Below are positions 33,696 through 42,206 of a DNA stretch of 64,000 nucleotides, in pieces (the stretch's first letter is position 1; each line of letters begins with the position of its first letter). The translations under genes were made by a program, and so were the position numbers. This DNA comes from Bacteroidales bacterium (GTDB taxonomy: Bacteria > Bacteroidota > Bacteroidia > Bacteroidales > UBA1402), in NCBI GenBank assembly GCA_017446025.1, contig JAFSRR010000095.1:14081-78080 (forward strand). Reading direction: 5' to 3'. Below the pieces are notes generated by a model, which saw only the letters and a program-made list of their open reading frames with translations, had not been told where the DNA came from and did not search any database.

Positions 33696-35483
33696 ATGGA
33701 AAATTATCTTGTCTCTGCCAGAAAATACCGTCCCGACACATTCCAGTCGGTGGTCGGCCAGCAGGCCCTGACCACCACCCTGCAACATGCCGTCAAGAAC
33801 AACCAGCTGGCCCATGCCTACTTGTTCTGCGGCCCCAGAGGGGTGGGCAAGACCACCTGCGCCCGCATCTTTGCCAAGACCATCAACTGTCTGCATCCCA
33901 AGGAAAACGGCGAAGCATGCAACGAGTGCGAATCGTGCCGTGCCTTCAACGAACAGCGGTCGTACAACATCCTGGAGCTCGATGCCGCCTCCAACAACTC
34001 GGTCGATGACATCCGTGCCCTGACCGAGCAGGTGAGGATTCCTCCGGTACTGGGCAAATACAAGGTCTATATCATCGACGAGGTGCACATGTTGTCGCAA
34101 GGCGCCTTCAATGCCTTCCTCAAAACGCTGGAAGAGCCGCCTTCATACGCCGTCTTCATCCTGGCCACCACCGAGAAGCACAAGATCATCCCCACCATCC
34201 TGTCGCGTTGCCAGATCTATGATTTCCATCGCATCAGTGTGGGCGATATTCAGCAATACCTGCAGTTTGTAGCCCAGTCGGAAAACATCGCCTACGAGCC
34301 CGAAGCTCTCAACATCATCGCCATGAAGGCCGACGGCGGCATGCGCGACGCCCTGTCGGTCTTTGACCAGGTGGCCAGTTTTGGCGAAGGGAAGATCACC
34401 TACAAGGGGGTCATCGAGAACCTGAACATCCTCGACTACGACTACTATTTCCAGCTCATCGATGCCGTGCTCCGGCACGAGACCGCCCAGGCCCTGCTGC
34501 TCCTTGACCAGGTGCTCAGCCTGGGCTTCGAAGGCCAGTATTTCATGACCGGCCTCAGCACCCATCTGCGCGACCTGCTGGTTTGCAAAGATGCGCGCAC
34601 CCTGCCGCTGCTCGAAGTGAGCGACAGTATCCAGGCCCGATACCGGCAGCAAGCCGAAGCCTGCTCGTTCCGCCTGCTGGTCGAAGCGCTGAAACTGACC
34701 AACGAATGCTCCCTGCAATACAACCAAAGCAAAAACAAACGACTGTTGGTCGAGCTCTGCCTCATCCGCCTCTGCCAGTTGGGAGAGCCCGATCCCGACG
34801 GCGGCAAAGGAAAAACTGCGCCGCTCAGCCCCGTAACGGCTGCTCCGGCACCCGCCAGCGCCCCGACGGCAAAACCAGCTGCAACGGTTGCCCAAACCCC
34901 CGGCAGCGCCCAGCCATCGGCTCAAACGCCTGCGCCCGCTCCGGTTCAGACTGCGCCCGCTCCCCAACCCGCTGCTGCAGCCCCGGCACCGGCGGCACAA
35001 CCCACATCCCATCGGCCGGCTGCCACCGCTCCCAGGCGTCCTACATCTCTTTCCATCAACCGGTCGGCCCAGCAGGCCGCCCCTGCCCCCGTCCAGGAAG
35101 CTGCCCCTGCGCCCGAAGAAAACCAGCCCTTCGACACTCCGCAACTGGCTCAAGTCTGGATAGCCTATGCCAACACCATCAAGGACGATCCCCAGATCAG
35201 TTCGGCCATGATCGCCAATCCGCCCGAAAAGACAGGCGACACCGATTTTGAATTTGTCGTTTTCCACCCCAACATGGAAAAGCGCATGCTCGAAATCAAA
35301 CCCCAGATCGAGCAATACCTCCGCCAGCAACTGCACAACAGCCATGCCAGCCTGCAGGTGCGCGTCAGCGTCGGAGACGAAAAAAAGAAGGCCCTGACTC
35401 CTCAGGACCAACTTAATGCTATGTTGGAGAAAAACCCCTCCTTTGCCTCGTTGAAAAACCAGCTCGGTCTGGAAATGGACTAA
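33696..35483 (+). CDS. dnaX: DNA polymerase III subunit gamma/tau
   Basis: YRPDTF..GPRGVGKTT (Walker A), a Zn module CxxCxxC, DEVHML, and SRCQ sensor motifs. A Pro/Ala-rich linker precedes the C-terminal domain. Confidence 0.95.
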   Translation: MENYLVSARKYRPDTFQSVVGQQALTTTLQHAVKNNQLAHAYLFCGPRGVGKTTCARIFAKTINCLHPKENGEACNECESCRAFNEQRSYNILELDAASNNSVDDIRALTEQVRIPPVLGKYKVYIIDEVHMLSQGAFNAFLKTLEEPPSYAVFILATTEKHKIIPTILSRCQIYDFHRISVGDIQQYLQFVAQSENIAYEPEALNIIAMKADGGMRDALSVFDQVASFGEGKITYKGVIENLNILDYDYYFQLIDAVLRHETAQALLLLDQVLSLGFEGQYFMTGLSTHLRDLLVCKDARTLPLLEVSDSIQARYRQQAEACSFRLLVEALKLTNECSLQYNQSKNKRLLVELCLIRLCQLGEPDPDGGKGKTAPLSPVTAAPAPASAPTAKPAATVAQTPGSAQPSAQTPAPAPVQTAPAPQPAAAAPAPAAQPTSHRPAATAPRRPTSLSINRSAQQAAPAPVQEAAPAPEENQPFDTPQLAQVWIAYANTIKDDPQISSAMIANPPEKTGDTDFEFVVFHPNMEKRMLEIKPQIEQYLRQQLHNSHASLQVRVSVGDEKKKALTPQDQLNAMLEKNPSFASLKNQLGLEMD

Positions 35484-35971
35484 ATACGGTGGCTCAACTG
35501 GGCCATCTCCATGGCAGTATAGGCTGCCTCCACTCCCTTGTTGCCATAGATACCTCCGGCACGATCCAGCGACTGCTGCATGTCGTCGGTGGTGAGCAGA
35601 CCGAAAATGACGGGCACCTGGCCCCGGGCATTCAGTTCTGACAGGCCTCGCGTCACCCCCTGGCAGACATAGTCGAAATGAGGCGTGCCGCCGCGTACCA
35701 CACAGCCCAGGGCGATGATGGCATCGGCCCTCTGGCCGGAAGGACGCTCCATGAGCCGGGCGGCGGCATAGACCAGTTCAAAACTGCCCGGCACGGGGAA
35801 CACACGGATATGATCCTGTGGAACGCCTTGGGATGTCAGGCAATCGACCGCCCCCTCCAACAATTTGTCGGTCACGGGCTCGTTCCATTTAGAAACAACG
35901 ATGTCGAAACGCAAGGCCGCGACATCGTGCAGGGTAGAGCTGTCAAACTCCGAGAGGTTCTTGGTGGCCAT
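35480..35971 (-). CDS. ribH: 6,7-dimethyl-8-ribityllumazine synthase
   Basis: 163 aa. VPGSFEL..ALGCVVRGGTPHFDYV..GVEAA motifs. Confidence 0.95.
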   Translation of the reverse strand: MATKNLSEFDSSTLHDVAALRFDIVVSKWNEPVTDKLLEGAVDCLTSQGVPQDHIRVFPVPGSFELVYAAARLMERPSGQRADAIIALGCVVRGGTPHFDYVCQGVTRGLSELNARGQVPVIFGLLTTDDMQQSLDRAGGIYGNKGVEAAYTAMEMAQLSHRI

Positions 35972-35977
35972 CCCGGA

Positions 35978-36679
35978 TTATTTTAAAAGTTTGGCGCGCT
36001 CGATGTATTTGTCCACCTCGGAACCCTCCTGGGTAAGGGGATATTCCTCCTTGATGGTCTGATAGACCTTCAAGGCGGCGGCATAGTTGCCCAGCGACTC
36101 ATAGGCCAGGCCGGCCTTCATCAGATAGATCGGAGCCAGCAGATTGTTGTGGACCTTGCCAGCCTTCTCGAAATAGCCGACAGCCTTGGCTGTCTCGCCC
36201 AGTTCGACATAGCAGTCGCCCACAGCGCCAACCAGGGCCGGCGACACCATGATGTCTTTGGCTTTGACCTGCTTCAGGTAGCTGACGGCCGTCTCGAAAT
36301 CGCCCTGGTTCTTGTAGCACAGACCGATATAAGCCTTGGCCAGCTTGGCCGATTTGGTGTGCTTGTAATCGCTGACAAACTGTTCGAAGCCGACGAAATC
36401 CACGCCGTCGCCGTTCAGTGCCAAATCGAAGGAATCGGCAGCGAAATAGCTTTCACCGCGGAAGAGCTGCTCGGCAGCCGCCAGGTTGCGGGGAGCCACC
36501 ACCTTGTTATTATACAGGACAATGCCTGCCACAATCACCAGTACAGCGACCAAAGCGATGAGCAGCATGTTCTGGTTCTTCTCGATAAACTGTTCCGAAC
36601 GGGAAAGTGCCTCACCGACATTTTTCTCCAATTCTTCGTTCTTGTTCTCCGGCTTGGAGACTACTTTCTTATTTGCCAT
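35978..36679 (-). CDS. tetratricopeptide-repeat membrane-anchored protein (YfgM-like)
   Basis: 233 aa. An N-terminal TM (MLLIALVAVLVIVAGIVLY) followed by TPR-like helices. The start was trimmed to MANKKVV (ATG 36679). Confidence 0.75.
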   Translation of the reverse strand: MANKKVVSKPENKNEELEKNVGEALSRSEQFIEKNQNMLLIALVAVLVIVAGIVLYNNKVVAPRNLAAAEQLFRGESYFAADSFDLALNGDGVDFVGFEQFVSDYKHTKSAKLAKAYIGLCYKNQGDFETAVSYLKQVKAKDIMVSPALVGAVGDCYVELGETAKAVGYFEKAGKVHNNLLAPIYLMKAGLAYESLGNYAAALKVYQTIKEEYPLTQEGSEVDKYIERAKLLK

Positions 36680-36702
36680 ATTGATAAACCTTTTTTGCGC
36701 CG

Positions 36703-36733
36703 CAAAATTAATGATTTTTGTTTGTAATGCAAA
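36703..36733 (-). promoter_or_regulatory. promoter of the TPR-ribH operon (TTTG-N19-TAATTTTG)
   Basis: Consensus on the minus strand. The -7 box ends 23 nt upstream of ATG 36679. Confidence 0.55.
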
Positions 36734-36751
36734 GATACAGCAAGCCGAGTC

Positions 36752-36775
36752 CAATCGCAAATTAATTTGCGATTG
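36752..36775. repeat. 24-nt perfect palindrome (caatcgcaaatt|aatttgcgattg)
   Basis: Verified base by base. It is the first of several stem-loops in 36752-36922. Confidence 0.9.
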
Positions 36776-37013
36776 CAGGGCTTTGCGGCCTGCGTCCGCC
36801 CAAAGCTCGCTTTGGCAAGGGCGCAGAACGGAAAGACCGTAATGCAAACTGTCCAAGTTTGCATTGGCGAGGCGCAGCTATCTCCTGCGCCGCGAAGCGC
36901 AGCGAGTGGCGCGAAAGATAGCACAAACTGAGCCATGTATTTTAATCCAAAACGCAATAAAAAAAAATCATTCCGTTATTAATTTACCCAGCCACCATTT
37001 AATTCAAACTGAT

Positions 37014-37523
37014 ATGGAAAAGTGCTCATATTTTAAAAAGGTTTCGCAATGCTTGATGCTGATTGTCTCCATCGAAATCATTATCAAAGTTGTAGCTCAT
37101 TTGTTACCTGTTATCAACCTGCGTTTTATGTATGGAATCTATCCATGGGATATTCTCACATTCTATGCCATGGCAATCTTTTTTTGGGTGTATTACCTTG
37201 TAAGGTCAAAAGAAAAAACAGTGTTTTTCTTATTTATGTGTTTCGCCTGCATTGTCTCCATAGTTCTGTCTGTGCTGTTTATGGAACCGGAAATAAGGGC
37301 TTCGTTGCTCTATGATATTAGACCATATGGGCCAAAACTGTTGGGAGACTGGCTGTATGATAACATTCACCCATGGCCATTTGGACTTGATTTACTGCTT
37401 TTTTGTCCATCATCAGTGATTTTGTCACTAATTTATGGAATCAAGAAAAAAGACTTTCTTCCAATGGTTGTCAGTGTGACCAATACGCTGATAGTCCTCT
37501 TTATGGGAGAGTGGTTGCTTTAG
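37014..37523 (+). CDS. AT-rich orphan multi-pass membrane protein
   Basis: 169 aa from MEKCSYF, with 4-5 hydrophobic segments. Strongly AT-rich relative to the flanking genes. No recognisable family. Confidence 0.5.
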   Translation: MEKCSYFKKVSQCLMLIVSIEIIIKVVAHLLPVINLRFMYGIYPWDILTFYAMAIFFWVYYLVRSKEKTVFFLFMCFACIVSIVLSVLFMEPEIRASLLYDIRPYGPKLLGDWLYDNIHPWPFGLDLLLFCPSSVILSLIYGIKKKDFLPMVVSVTNTLIVLFMGEWLL

Positions 37524-37567
37524 ACAAAAAAGCCAGAGTACGCCTTGGGATAACAGACATAAATCCT

Positions 37568-37575
37568 TATTTTTG
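37568..37575 (+). promoter_or_regulatory. candidate -7 box (TATTTTTG) upstream of recF
   Basis: TAnnTTTG match ending 7 nt before ATG 37583, which implies a very short or absent leader. Confidence 0.35.
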
Positions 37576-37582
37576 CGTCACT

Positions 37583-38689
37583 ATGCATCTACAGTCGCTC
37601 GACATACTCAACTTCAAGAACATCAAAGAGGCTCATGTGACGTTTTCGCCCTATCTGAACTGCTTTTTCGGGCAGAACGGACAAGGCAAGACCAATGTGC
37701 TGGATGCGGTGTATTTCCTGTCGTTCTGCAAGAGCCATACCAATGTGCTCGATTCGCAGGTCATCGCCCATGAAGCCGACTTTTTGATGCTACAGGGCCT
37801 CTACGAGGGAGAAGGGGAGAAACACGAATACTATTGCGGCATCAAACGCCGGCAGAGAAAAGTGTTCAAACACGACAAAAAAGCCTACGAACGGCTGTCG
37901 GAGCACATCGGCCAACTGCCGCTGGTGATGATCTCGCCCGGCGACGAGCGCCTGATACGCGAAGGCAGCGATGAGCGGCGCCGCTTCATCGACATGGCCA
38001 TCTCGCAGTACGATCCGCAATACATGCGGGCGCTGGTGAGCTACACCGCGGCACTGCAGCAGCGCAATGCCATGCTCAAAGACGAAGGGCACCACTACGA
38101 GGACGCACTCTACGAACTGTACGAAAGCCAGATGGCCTTCCATGGGGAGGAGATTTTCCGCAAAAGACAGCAATTCATCGAGCAATTCATCCCCCTTTTC
38201 AACCAACAATATCGGCAGATCTCCCAACAGCAGGAGCAGGTGGGGCTCAGTTATTCCTCCCACCTGAGCCAAGGGCCCCTGGAGCCGCAGCTCCAAGCCT
38301 CCCGGGCCAAGGATCGCCTGCTGGGATTCAGCACCAAAGGCATCCACAAGGATGACCTGGACATCACCATGGACGGCTGGCCCGTGAAGCAGGTTGCCTC
38401 GCAGGGGCAGTGCAAGACCTGTCTGATTGCCATGAAACTGGCCCAGGCTGAATTTCTCAAACAGAAGGGCACGCATGCGCCCATCCTTCTGCTCGACGAC
38501 ATCTTCGACAAACTCGACCAACAACGGGTGGAAAACATCATCTCGCTGGTGTCGCAGGAAGCCTTCGGACAGATTTTCATCACCGACACCCACTACGAGC
38601 ACCTCTCACGCATACTCCAGCAATCGGGGCGGCCCTACAAAGTGTTCCAAATCGAAAACGGGGACATCCACCCCTACCAGACTGCATGA
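37583..38689 (+). CDS. recF: DNA replication and repair protein RecF
   Basis: MHLQSLDILNFKN..FGQNGQGKTNVLDA (Walker A), an SMC-like signature, and LLLDDIFDKLD (Walker B). Confidence 0.92.
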   Translation: MHLQSLDILNFKNIKEAHVTFSPYLNCFFGQNGQGKTNVLDAVYFLSFCKSHTNVLDSQVIAHEADFLMLQGLYEGEGEKHEYYCGIKRRQRKVFKHDKKAYERLSEHIGQLPLVMISPGDERLIREGSDERRRFIDMAISQYDPQYMRALVSYTAALQQRNAMLKDEGHHYEDALYELYESQMAFHGEEIFRKRQQFIEQFIPLFNQQYRQISQQQEQVGLSYSSHLSQGPLEPQLQASRAKDRLLGFSTKGIHKDDLDITMDGWPVKQVASQGQCKTCLIAMKLAQAEFLKQKGTHAPILLLDDIFDKLDQQRVENIISLVSQEAFGQIFITDTHYEHLSRILQQSGRPYKVFQIENGDIHPYQTA

Positions 38690-38976
38690 AGCGCCGCAAT
38701 TCACAGACCCTGGCCGAGGTGCTGCCACATGTTTTGAAAGTCCAGCACCTGGATGTCCGGCTCAACGAAGTCAGGCTCATCAAACTGTGGCCCGAGGTGG
38801 TGGGCAAGAGCCTGGCCGACCAGACCGAAAACCTGTATGTCAAGAACGGTGTGCTGCACCTGCACGTGCGTTCGGCCATCGTCCGCAACGAGCTGATGCT
38901 CATACGCCAGTCGCTCGTTGAGAAGCTCAACGAGGCAGTCGGCGCCCCGACTGTGCACGACATCGTGCTGAGATAA
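38686..38976 (+). CDS. DUF721 domain-containing protein
   Basis: 96 aa. Overlaps the recF stop by 4 nt. The LIKLWPEVVG..LHLHVRSAIVRNEL pattern is typical of the recF-linked DUF721 family. Confidence 0.8.
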   Translation: MKRRNSQTLAEVLPHVLKVQHLDVRLNEVRLIKLWPEVVGKSLADQTENLYVKNGVLHLHVRSAIVRNELMLIRQSLVEKLNEAVGAPTVHDIVLR

Positions 38977-38991
38977 ATAAAAACAGAAGGC

Positions 38992-39573
38992 TTAGCCCAC
39001 CAGCGAGCCGATATTGGTGGCAAACAGCTTGACGGCGATGGCCAGCAGGATGATGCCGAAGAACTTGCGGATGATGTAGATACCGCCACTGCCCAGGATC
39101 TTTTCAATAAAGCCGATCGACTTGAGGACAGCAAAAATGAACACCATGTTCAGCACCAGGGCTATCATGATATTGACCGTGTGATATTCGGCTTTCAGGG
39201 CCAGCAAAGTGGTGAACGAACCGGCTCCGACGATCAACGGGAAGACCAGCGGCACAATGGTGGACATTCCCTTGGGACTGTCGTCGTACTTGAAAAGATG
39301 TATCTCGAATATCATTTCCAGTCCAATGGCGAAAATCACAATGGAACCCGCCACAGCGAACGACTGGATGTTGACTCCGAACAAGGACAGGACTCCGTCT
39401 CCTGCAAAATAGAAGCCGGCCAGCAGCACCAGGGAGATCAAAGTCACCTTCATGGCAGGTATCTTGCCAGTTCTACGCTGTAAATCAACGATAATGGGGA
39501 TCGATCCGATGATATCCAGGATAGCAAACAGAACCACGAAGGCTCCGACGATTTCTTTAATGTTGATGGCCAT
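38992..39573 (-). CDS. MarC-family (UPF0056) integral membrane protein
   Basis: 193 aa with six TM segments and an FAILDIIGSIPI N-terminal motif. Confidence 0.8.
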   Translation of the reverse strand: MAINIKEIVGAFVVLFAILDIIGSIPIIVDLQRRTGKIPAMKVTLISLVLLAGFYFAGDGVLSLFGVNIQSFAVAGSIVIFAIGLEMIFEIHLFKYDDSPKGMSTIVPLVFPLIVGAGSFTTLLALKAEYHTVNIMIALVLNMVFIFAVLKSIGFIEKILGSGGIYIIRKFFGIILLAIAVKLFATNIGSLVG

Positions 39574-39674
39574 AATGTCTTTTCTTAATCAGGGTTCCAA
39601 ATTTTGCGCGAAAGTAATCACTTATTAAAAAAGATGTGCTACTTTCGCATGAAAAAATTTTCCATGTTTTCACG

Positions 39675-41768
39675 ATGAAGAAAATCAAACCTATTTTACT
39701 CATGTCTATCCTCGTTGCAGGGCTGACTGCCTGCTCAGAAAAGAACCCTCTGTTGGAGAATTACCAGACCTGGCGCGACACCCCGCCATTTGCCGAAGTC
39801 AAAACCTGCCACCTTGTCCCCGCCTATGAGGAGGCCATCCGACGGCACGACCAGGAAATCCAGGCCATCGTCGCCCAAACCGAAGCCCCCGATTTTGCCA
39901 ACACCATCGAAGCCCTGGAACTGTCGGGCAAGCTCATCAGCCGCATCGACGCCGTTTTCGGCACGCTGACCAACAACGAAATGGACGATGAGCTGATGGC
40001 TGCCGAGGAAAAAATCACCCTGATGCTGTCAGAGCACTTCAATGCCATCACACTGAACGAGGGACTGTTCGATCGCGTCCGCCAGGTCTATGAAAAGCGT
40101 CACGACCTGGGTCTGAACGCCGAGCAGCTGCGTCTGACCGAAGAAACCTACGAAGACTTCCTTGAGAGAGGCTCCACACTGCAAGGGGCAGACCGCGAGA
40201 AATACCGCAGCCTCAGCACCCGGCTCGACAACCTGACCATGACTTTCGGACAGAACAGCTTGAAAGCCACCCATGCCTTCAGCCGGGTTTTCACCGACAA
40301 GGAGGAATTGTCGGGTCTGCCCGACGATGAAATGGCCATTGCCGCCGAAAAAGCCCGCAAGCAGGGCAAGGAGGGTTGGCTGTTCGACCTGACGGCTCCC
40401 AGTTACGGCGCCATCATGAAATATGCCGACCGCCGCGATGTCAGGGAGCAATTCTATATGGCCTACAACCAGCGGGCTGTCGGCGGTGAGTTTGACAATC
40501 TGCAGGTCATCAAGGACATTGTCAACACCCGCATGGAAATCGGCCAGTTGATGGGCTATCCCGACTATGCTTCCTATGCCCTGAGACGCAAGATGGCCGG
40601 AAAAGTCGAAAACGTCTATCAGATGCTCGACCAATTGCGTGCGGCCTATCGGCCGGTAGCGGTGAAGGAGCACCAAGCCATCCAGGAGTTCATCAACCAG
40701 ACCGAGCCCAAGCCCTTCAAATTGGAGCCCTGGGATTGGAGCTACTATTCAAACAAACTGAAAACCAAATTGTTCGATCTCAACGATGAGATGCTCAAGC
40801 CCTATTTCGAACTGGAGCATGTCAAGAAAGGGGTCTTCGGACTGGCCACCCGGCTCTATGGCATCACCTTCGTCAAGAATCCCGACATCCAGGTCTGGAA
40901 CAAAGACGTGGATGCCTACGAAGTATTCGATGAAAACGGCGATTTCATGGCGGTGATCTATACAGATTTCTTCCCGCGTGAGAGCAAGCGTTCGGGCGCC
41001 TGGATGAATGACATCAAGGCACAGAGCAATGTCAACGGCCAGCGCGAATATCCCTTCGTCACACTGTCGATGAACTTTACCCTGCCTACGGCCGACAAGC
41101 CTTCGCTGCTCACCTTCGACGAAGTGACCACCTTCCTGCACGAGTTCGGACACGGGCTGCACGGCATGCTTTCCAATGTGACCTACGCCTCCCTGGCGGG
41201 CACCAATGTCGATCGCGACTTTGTCGAGATGCCTTCGCAGATCATGGAAAACTGGGCCTACGAAAAAGAATTCCTGGACAGTGTCGCCATCCATTATCAG
41301 ACGGGCGAACCCATTCCCATGGAGCTGATCGGGAAGGTCAGGGATGCGGGCAATTTCAACGTGGGCCGCGACTGCTGCCGCCAATTGTCGTTCGGCTATC
41401 TGGACATGGCCTACCACACCATCCACGAGCCGCTCCAGGGCGATGTGGCCGCCTTCGAACGTGAGGCCTGGAAGTCGGTCGATCTGCTGCCCATGCCTGT
41501 GTCGTGCTGCATGAGCCCCACCTTCACGCACCTGTTCAGCGGTGGTTACGCAGCCGGGTACTACTGCTACAAATGGTCGGAGATTCTGGCCTTCGACGCC
41601 TACGATCACTATACCGAGCATGCTGTTTTCGACCGGGAACGGGCGGCCTCCTTCAGGGAAAACATCCTGTCGAAGGGCAACACCAAGCCCGCTGCCGAGC
41701 TTTACGAAGCCTATCGCGGCCAACCGGCCACCATCGATGCCATGCTCAGACATAACGGAATCAAATAA
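39675..41768 (+). CDS. dcp: M3-family peptidyl-dipeptidase (Dcp-like) lipoprotein
   Basis: Lipobox (GLTAC) and the zinc motif HEFGHGLH. Length and layout match Dcp/oligopeptidase A. Confidence 0.88.
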   Translation: MKKIKPILLMSILVAGLTACSEKNPLLENYQTWRDTPPFAEVKTCHLVPAYEEAIRRHDQEIQAIVAQTEAPDFANTIEALELSGKLISRIDAVFGTLTNNEMDDELMAAEEKITLMLSEHFNAITLNEGLFDRVRQVYEKRHDLGLNAEQLRLTEETYEDFLERGSTLQGADREKYRSLSTRLDNLTMTFGQNSLKATHAFSRVFTDKEELSGLPDDEMAIAAEKARKQGKEGWLFDLTAPSYGAIMKYADRRDVREQFYMAYNQRAVGGEFDNLQVIKDIVNTRMEIGQLMGYPDYASYALRRKMAGKVENVYQMLDQLRAAYRPVAVKEHQAIQEFINQTEPKPFKLEPWDWSYYSNKLKTKLFDLNDEMLKPYFELEHVKKGVFGLATRLYGITFVKNPDIQVWNKDVDAYEVFDENGDFMAVIYTDFFPRESKRSGAWMNDIKAQSNVNGQREYPFVTLSMNFTLPTADKPSLLTFDEVTTFLHEFGHGLHGMLSNVTYASLAGTNVDRDFVEMPSQIMENWAYEKEFLDSVAIHYQTGEPIPMELIGKVRDAGNFNVGRDCCRQLSFGYLDMAYHTIHEPLQGDVAAFEREAWKSVDLLPMPVSCCMSPTFTHLFSGGYAAGYYCYKWSEILAFDAYDHYTEHAVFDRERAASFRENILSKGNTKPAAELYEAYRGQPATIDAMLRHNGIK

Positions 41769-41769
41769 T

Positions 41770-42195
41770 ATGGACAAACAAACCTCTTTGGATCAACGCT
41801 ATATGCGCATGGCCCTGATCTGGGCCGAGAATTCCTACTGTCAGCGGCGCCAGGTGGGCGCCCTCATGGTCAAGGACCACCGCATCATCTCGGACGGATA
41901 CAACGGCACACCTTCGGGTTTTGAAAACATCTGCGAGGATGAAAACTACAAGACCAAACCCTATGTGTTGCACGCCGAGGCCAATGCCATCACCAAAATA
42001 GCCCGCTCGCACAACAGCAGCGACGGGGCCACCATCTATGTCACGGCCTCGCCCTGCATCGAATGTGCCAAACTCATCATCCAGGCCGGCATCCGACGGG
42101 TGGTCTTCGGAGAAACCTACCACACCGACGACGGCATCCGGCTGCTCGAACGAGCCGGCATCGAGGTGGTATTCTGTGACAAAAACGCGCTTTAA
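41770..42195 (+). CDS. dCMP deaminase (ComEB-like)
   Basis: 141 aa with HAEANAI and SPCIECAKLI zinc motifs. Confidence 0.9.
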   Translation: MDKQTSLDQRYMRMALIWAENSYCQRRQVGALMVKDHRIISDGYNGTPSGFENICEDENYKTKPYVLHAEANAITKIARSHNSSDGATIYVTASPCIECAKLIIQAGIRRVVFGETYHTDDGIRLLERAGIEVVFCDKNAL

Positions 42196-42206
42196 CCTTC
42201 TTTCCT

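Noticed and set aside
34830-35130. Highly repetitive Pro/Ala/Gln-rich stretch in dnaX, with several overlapping ORFs in other frames
   Set aside because: This is the normal low-complexity linker between the ATPase/clamp-loader domains and the C-terminal domain of tau. The alternative-frame ORFs are by-products of the GC-rich repeat.
35381-35416. Exact E. coli-type dnaX -1 frameshift heptamer A_AAA_AAG in the correct frame (35381-35387). A -1 frame stop follows 10 codons later, and there is a small CCTGA/TCAGG hairpin downstream.
   Set aside because: The heptamer sits only ~30 codons before the normal tau stop, well after the Pro/Ala linker. Slippage would change only the last residues and would not create a gamma-like truncated subunit. 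The hairpin is weak (5 bp). Lys-Lys-Lys codon runs arise easily by chance. It is worth a glance in ribosome-profiling data and nothing more.
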